The notes beneath the pieces are model-generated. The model did not search any database, was not told the DNA's origin, and worked only from the letters and a program-made list of their open reading frames with translations. A program made the position numbers and the translations under genes. Positions 59,537 to 64,000 of a stretch of 64,000 bases of DNA are shown here, piece by piece. Numbering within the stretch: position 1 is the first letter of the stretch; every line of letters begins with the position of its first letter. Origin of the DNA: Methylococcaceae bacterium UBA4132 (GTDB lineage Bacteria > Pseudomonadota > Gammaproteobacteria > Methylococcales > Methylomonadaceae); NCBI GenBank assembly GCA_002380945.1, contig DFWO01000190.1, forward strand, positions 820 through 64,819, given 5' to 3'.

Positions 59537-61423
59537 ATGTCCACAAACTCCTCAAACTATTCTACAAAACAATTGACCGCGTTATCACTTAGTGCCATTG
59601 GAGTGGTATTTGGCGATATTGGTACTAGCCCGTTATACGCAGTTAAAGAGGTGTTTGGCAATCATTTAGCCATTGATGAACTCCATGTACTGGGGGTGTT
59701 ATCGTTAATACTTTGGTCGTTGACCTTAATCGTCGCTATTAAATATGCCACTTTTATTATGCGAGCGAATAATAAAGGTCAGGGCGGTATTATGGCGTTA
59801 ATGGCGTTAGCATTGAGTAGCTCTAAAGATAATCCCAAGCTCAGAAACATCATTGTTACCATTGGCTTATTTGGCGCGGCGTTATTTTACGGTGATGGCA
59901 TTATTACCCCTGCCATTTCAGTATTAAGTGCGGTTGAGGGGCTACAAATTATCGCACCTAAATCCAGTCATTATGTGTTACTCATTACGATTATTGTTCT
60001 AAGTGGCTTATTTATCTTACAAGCCCGTGGCACGGGCAAAGTCGGGACATTATTTTCGCCGATTATGTGTCTTTGGTTTTTTACCTTGGGTGGCTTGGGT
60101 GTCGTTAATATTATTAAAAATCCTGAAGTCTTGTTGGCAATTAATCCCTATTACGCAGTACACCTACTCACTGAATTAGGCTGGGCTGGTCTGTTGATTA
60201 TGGGATCAGTAGTACTAGCAATAACAGGCGCAGAAGCCTTGTATGCCGACATGGGGCATTTTGGCTTGAGACCAATTCGTTATGCGTGGTTCGGCTTTGT
60301 ATTTCCAATGTTGTTACTTAACTATTTTGGGCAAGGTGCGTTACTGCTAGAACATCCTGAGGCAGTCAAAAACCCTTTTTACTTACTCGCACCAAAGTGG
60401 GCAATGTATCCTTTATTAGTTTTAGCCACACTTGCTTCAGTGATTGCCTCACAAGCCGTTATTTCTGGCGCGTTTTCCGTGACTAGACAGGCGATACAAC
60501 TGGGCTATTGTCCGCGTATGCAAATTGCACATACCTCTGGGCAAGAAATTGGACAAGTCTATTTACCTACCGTTAATTGGTTGTTGATGGTGTGCGTTTT
60601 TGTCGTGGTCTTGAGTTTTCAATCGTCATCGGCATTGGCATCCGCTTACGGTATTGCCGTAACAGGCACGATGATTATTGATACGGTGTTAGCGTTTATT
60701 GTTATTCAAGGTTTATGGCAATGGAAAAAATCTACCAGCTTTCTATTTTTATCCACGTTTCTGATGATTGATTTTTTGTTTTTATTTGCCAACAGTTTAA
60801 AAATCCCAACAGGTGGGTGGTTGCCATTAATGATAGGCACAGTGCTATTTTTAATCATGACGACATGGATGCAAGGTCGCGCTTTATTGGCAAATTACAT
60901 GGATGAACATCGACTGTTATTTGAGGATTTAGAAGAAAAAATAGTCAGTCACCAACCCGTTATTACCAAAGGCACCGCGATTTATTTAGCGAAAACAGTG
61001 CATGGCGTACCGCAAGTATTTTTGCATAATTTTGAACATAACCATGTCTTGCATGAACAAATCATTGTCTTAACCATCGTGACAAAAGATGAACCTTACA
61101 TCGACTATGAACACCGCGTTAAGATTCGTCGGTTTGGTACTAACCATAATTTTTACCGCGTAAAATTTTATTATGGTTTTCAACAAAGTCCAGATGTGCG
61201 GCAAGATTTAGAACTGTGTGTAAAAGAAGGCATTAAATTGGATTTTAACAAAACCTCATTTTTTATTGGCAGTGAACAAGTGACTTTTAAGGAAAGAAAT
61301 CCCTTACCGCGCTGGCGTAAAGCGTTATTCCTGTTTTTATTCCACAATGCCGCGAGTGCGATAGATTTTTTCAAAATTCCTGTTGAACGGGTGATTGAAT
61401 TGGGGATTAGAATTAGTCTTTGA
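59537..61423 (+). CDS. kup: KUP/HAK/KT potassium transporter
   Basis: GVVFGDIGTSPLY signature, 12 TM and a cytoplasmic C-terminal domain. Confidence 0.93.
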   Translation: MSTNSSNYSTKQLTALSLSAIGVVFGDIGTSPLYAVKEVFGNHLAIDELHVLGVLSLILWSLTLIVAIKYATFIMRANNKGQGGIMALMALALSSSKDNPKLRNIIVTIGLFGAALFYGDGIITPAISVLSAVEGLQIIAPKSSHYVLLITIIVLSGLFILQARGTGKVGTLFSPIMCLWFFTLGGLGVVNIIKNPEVLLAINPYYAVHLLTELGWAGLLIMGSVVLAITGAEALYADMGHFGLRPIRYAWFGFVFPMLLLNYFGQGALLLEHPEAVKNPFYLLAPKWAMYPLLVLATLASVIASQAVISGAFSVTRQAIQLGYCPRMQIAHTSGQEIGQVYLPTVNWLLMVCVFVVVLSFQSSSALASAYGIAVTGTMIIDTVLAFIVIQGLWQWKKSTSFLFLSTFLMIDFLFLFANSLKIPTGGWLPLMIGTVLFLIMTTWMQGRALLANYMDEHRLLFEDLEEKIVSHQPVITKGTAIYLAKTVHGVPQVFLHNFEHNHVLHEQIIVLTIVTKDEPYIDYEHRVKIRRFGTNHNFYRVKFYYGFQQSPDVRQDLELCVKEGIKLDFNKTSFFIGSEQVTFKERNPLPRWRKALFLFLFHNAASAIDFFKIPVERVIELGIRISL

Positions 61424-61439
61424 CGACGTTGCGTCTTCA

Positions 61440-61650
61440 TTGTCCACGAAAAGCACGAAAGACACGAAAAGTTCCACAGTTATGGATGCGATTCTCATTA
61501 AGCGTATTCCCGCTGACGTGGAATCTCTGAAGCTGGAGATTCCGCATTTCCAAGTAAAAGCGGACGAGTGCTGGTGTTGGGCGGTGATGTATTGCCATGT
61601 AGCGTTTCTACGATGTTAGTTTTCGTGTCTTTCGTGCTTTTCGTGGACAA
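61440..61650. mobile_element. CACGAAA-TIR MITE, best-preserved copy (perfect 31-bp TIRs)
   Basis: TTGTCCACGAAAAGCACGAAAGACACGAAAA at 61440-61470 is the exact reverse complement of 61620-61650. About 150 bp of non-coding cargo includes a GTAGcgtttCTAC hairpin. Confidence 0.85.
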
Positions 61651-61657
61651 AATTACT

Positions 61658-62353
61658 TTACTGATTCTTTATTTTCCATCGTGTTTTTAAAGTTATCCAC
61701 AACTTAGTGGCAATAGCCTTGAGGCTTGCCGCATTCATAATAAGCACCAGCGGTAGCGCAAAGCCCAGCACGATACACATCACTAACGCCGCCCATGTAT
61801 TAAATGTCCAATCCACCGTATAACTGTCCGCATTCACCGCCGCACTAATGCCTGGAATACTGGGTAAATCACCATCTCCACCATCGACTTTAAGCTGGGC
61901 TTTCATGCCTTTTTCAGCGTGTTGTGGCAGTTCGCAATGTACTAGATAGGTTTTTTTCTTGCTGGGAACAATAAATGAGGCTTGTAATTGCCCTTCGCCG
62001 TACAGTTCTAAATGCACCATACCATCGGGATAGAGATAACCAGGTAGACCATGCACCATGATTTGATGACGAATTTGGTCATCGTTAATAAAGGTGATGT
62101 TGATTTTGGCGCAGGGTTTAACGTTCCATTCTTGTTGATCAAACGCAAACATTTTGCCTGTAAATTTCAGCGCGTGTTTATGTCCTGCTCGAATGGTGAG
62201 ATTGACCTCCTCTGAAATTTTTGGACAGTCGCTAGGCAATTTGTCAGGGTTGGCATTCATAATCATCATTTTGTCATTCATGAACATACGGCTATGAGCA
62301 ACAGGACTACATAGCAACAAACTGTAAAACACTAAAATAATGATGAGCTTCAT
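61658..62353 (-). CDS. Membrane-anchored cupredoxin (type 1 copper protein)
   Basis: Signal peptide. Ligand pattern ...H...HCELPQHAEKGM (C-x4-H-x4-M). C-terminal TM WAALVMCIVLGFALPLVLI. Overlaps the MCO gene by 4 nt. Confidence 0.75.
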   Translation of the reverse strand: MKLIIILVFYSLLLCSPVAHSRMFMNDKMMIMNANPDKLPSDCPKISEEVNLTIRAGHKHALKFTGKMFAFDQQEWNVKPCAKINITFINDDQIRHQIMVHGLPGYLYPDGMVHLELYGEGQLQASFIVPSKKKTYLVHCELPQHAEKGMKAQLKVDGGDGDLPSIPGISAAVNADSYTVDWTFNTWAALVMCIVLGFALPLVLIMNAASLKAIATKLWITLKTRWKIKNQ

Positions 62354-63993
62354 AAGGATTTCCGTTTAAGCAACCGTGATACAACCAGCAATAAACCAAT
62401 AATCAAGCCTGCTACCAAGCCAAACAAGATAATGCGCAAATAATTTGGTCTGAGTAAACCTGCATCGCCCAATAAAGGCGCGAACTCTTTGTTACCACCC
62501 CAAACCGCCACTTTTTTTGCGTAATAATCTTTGCTAAACACTTGATCAAGCATTTCTAAATGACCCTTCGGCATTCCTTGTTCATCGACTAAGGATTTAT
62601 AAATGATTAAGCCGATATTACCACCAGGTTCTATGCCGTCCGTAGTCGCACCCGTCGGAACGTGGTCGTGAAACATCCACGCGCCTGCGCCGTAACTATG
62701 CAGACCGTCATTTTTAGTTTGTAATTCTAAGTCTACACGTTGCGCGGGAGCTATATCAAACACATCCCGCGTCACAGATAAGCCTACAGGCGCGTCTACA
62801 CCGTCATAAGCGAGGGCTGTGACTTTATGTCCATGTGGATGTAAAGCCATTGCCGATTTTTGTAAATTGGCAACATGGAGTTTAATGGTTTCGTTTTCAT
62901 CAGCAATCACACTGCCATCGCGGAGTGTGTAAGGAAACGAATGCCCATTGAGCATAAAATAATTTTCATGTGATTCGGTCAAATTATGCTGACGCGTCAT
63001 ACGTTCGGCGATTAAGCGTGGGTCATTGGCCTCCTGCACAATTTTTGCCAACGATTTATCCACCGATTGATAATGTAAATCGTATTCTTGGCTGAACTTT
63101 TCTTTTACCGCCGCAGTAGGATGACGCACTTGCCCAGCACCGATATTAAACGTTTGTACCCAGTTATTGGGGCGATTTTCTTCTATGATAAACATCCCCG
63201 CCATACCCATACCCAAATGCTGAGCGGTTTGAACATGACAGTGATACAGCATCGTACCTGTATGGCGAGGTTGAATTTCATAAGTATGTTGTTTACCAGG
63301 AAATACTGCGTGTTCTTCCATGCCGTCATTATCCATACCTTCACTATTCATCCACGGATGATCGACACCGTGTAAATGAATAGTATGCGGCAAATAATGG
63401 GTATTTTCTAAGGTGATATAAACCTTATCGCCTTGTTCTACGCGAATGACAGGGGAGGGCGCACGCAACAACGGATTGGCAACGCGAGAATTAAAGTTTT
63501 TTAATGCCATACCGCTAGACTTTGGCGCGAACACCCATAAGGCGGGTTGAATACCTGGTGCAATATCAAAGGTATTAATGGGTAACTTATCGTCTGGCGT
63601 TGCACCGTTCAGCTCTACCACTTCCAACTTGATACGAATCACATCAGGATCGCCGTCACCATCCACATCATCGGACATTGTTAAGGCATCTTGAGCAAAA
63701 TGGGTTTGCATCAAGGTTGCCATAGAAACGTTATTCGTGCCTTTTACCGCCACCGCCACATCGAATGGATTATCAGGTTCACACAGTGATGAAGCCTCGA
63801 TATTTACGCCTTCAATCACTTGCGCGGCTCGCCATTCTGGATGCTCATTGGAACAGGGTTTTTCTACACTGCTGGTTTCTTCCCCATGACCATAAACGGT
63901 GGCAGGTGCGTCAATACCTGCGGTTTCCACCGCGCTAGGTACGAGAAAAATCACCGCTGTTGTTAAGGCGGCGATTAATATCAGAATTAGCAA
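62350..63993 (-). CDS. Two-domain multicopper oxidase (T1 site in the first cupredoxin domain); 5' end may lie beyond the window
   Basis: Motif order HLHGVDH, HCHVQTAQHLGMGMAGM, HPHGH, FHDH. The frame stays open to the window edge upstream of the TTG at 63993. Confidence 0.8.
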   Translation of the reverse strand: MLILILIAALTTAVIFLVPSAVETAGIDAPATVYGHGEETSSVEKPCSNEHPEWRAAQVIEGVNIEASSLCEPDNPFDVAVAVKGTNNVSMATLMQTHFAQDALTMSDDVDGDGDPDVIRIKLEVVELNGATPDDKLPINTFDIAPGIQPALWVFAPKSSGMALKNFNSRVANPLLRAPSPVIRVEQGDKVYITLENTHYLPHTIHLHGVDHPWMNSEGMDNDGMEEHAVFPGKQHTYEIQPRHTGTMLYHCHVQTAQHLGMGMAGMFIIEENRPNNWVQTFNIGAGQVRHPTAAVKEKFSQEYDLHYQSVDKSLAKIVQEANDPRLIAERMTRQHNLTESHENYFMLNGHSFPYTLRDGSVIADENETIKLHVANLQKSAMALHPHGHKVTALAYDGVDAPVGLSVTRDVFDIAPAQRVDLELQTKNDGLHSYGAGAWMFHDHVPTGATTDGIEPGGNIGLIIYKSLVDEQGMPKGHLEMLDQVFSKDYYAKKVAVWGGNKEFAPLLGDAGLLRPNYLRIILFGLVAGLIIGLLLVVSRLLKRKSL

Positions 63994-64000
63994 AATAATA

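Noticed and set aside
61395-61619. 74-aa ORF spanning the kup stop and the MITE interior
   Set aside because: It is encoded almost entirely by the TIR and cargo of the repeat element. Other MITE copies carry unrelated cargo and no such ORF.

Overview
This 64-kb window looks like chromosomal DNA from an AT-rich gammaproteobacterium. It is probably a methylotroph or methanotroph. That is an inference from a Fae-family protein, a serine-glyoxylate aminotransferase, a hydroxypyruvate-reductase-type dehydrogenase and strong copper-handling content. Housekeeping genes: hfq-hflX, a split class II ribonucleotide reductase (nrdJa and nrdJb), smc-zipA-ligA, pstSCAB-phoU, pqiA(split)BC, kup, nhaD, and a NitT/TauT-type ABC importer. 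Signalling genes: a receiver-PAS-GGDEF-EAL protein and a hybrid histidine kinase. The most unusual content is a nine-gene, translationally coupled operon at 5972-15331. It combines a Cu(I) P1B-ATPase, a DsbD_2-type membrane protein fused to a cupredoxin, a MacB/FtsX-type ABC transporter, a Cys-rich polytopic membrane protein, a NosL protein, a CHFC thioredoxin lipoprotein and a NosL-outer-membrane-barrel fusion. An orphan DsbD-alpha domain gene follows it. No nosZ, nosR or nosDFY is present in the window. Two conserved gene pairs (nrdJa/nrdJb and sga/hydroxypyruvate reductase) are each interrupted by about 2.9 kb of accessory DNA carrying low-GC orphan genes. One insert holds vapBC, a 402-aa orphan and a truncated hemoglobin. 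The other holds a frameshifted REP-associated tyrosine transposase plus a P-loop NTPase and small membrane protein module. Intergenic DNA is dense with repeats: a MITE family with 31-bp CACGAAA-rich terminal inverted repeats (5 copies) and several GTAG/CTAC-headed REP hairpin families. A two-domain multicopper oxidase with a membrane-anchored cupredoxin sits at the right edge. All domain calls rest on motifs read by eye; no database search was run.
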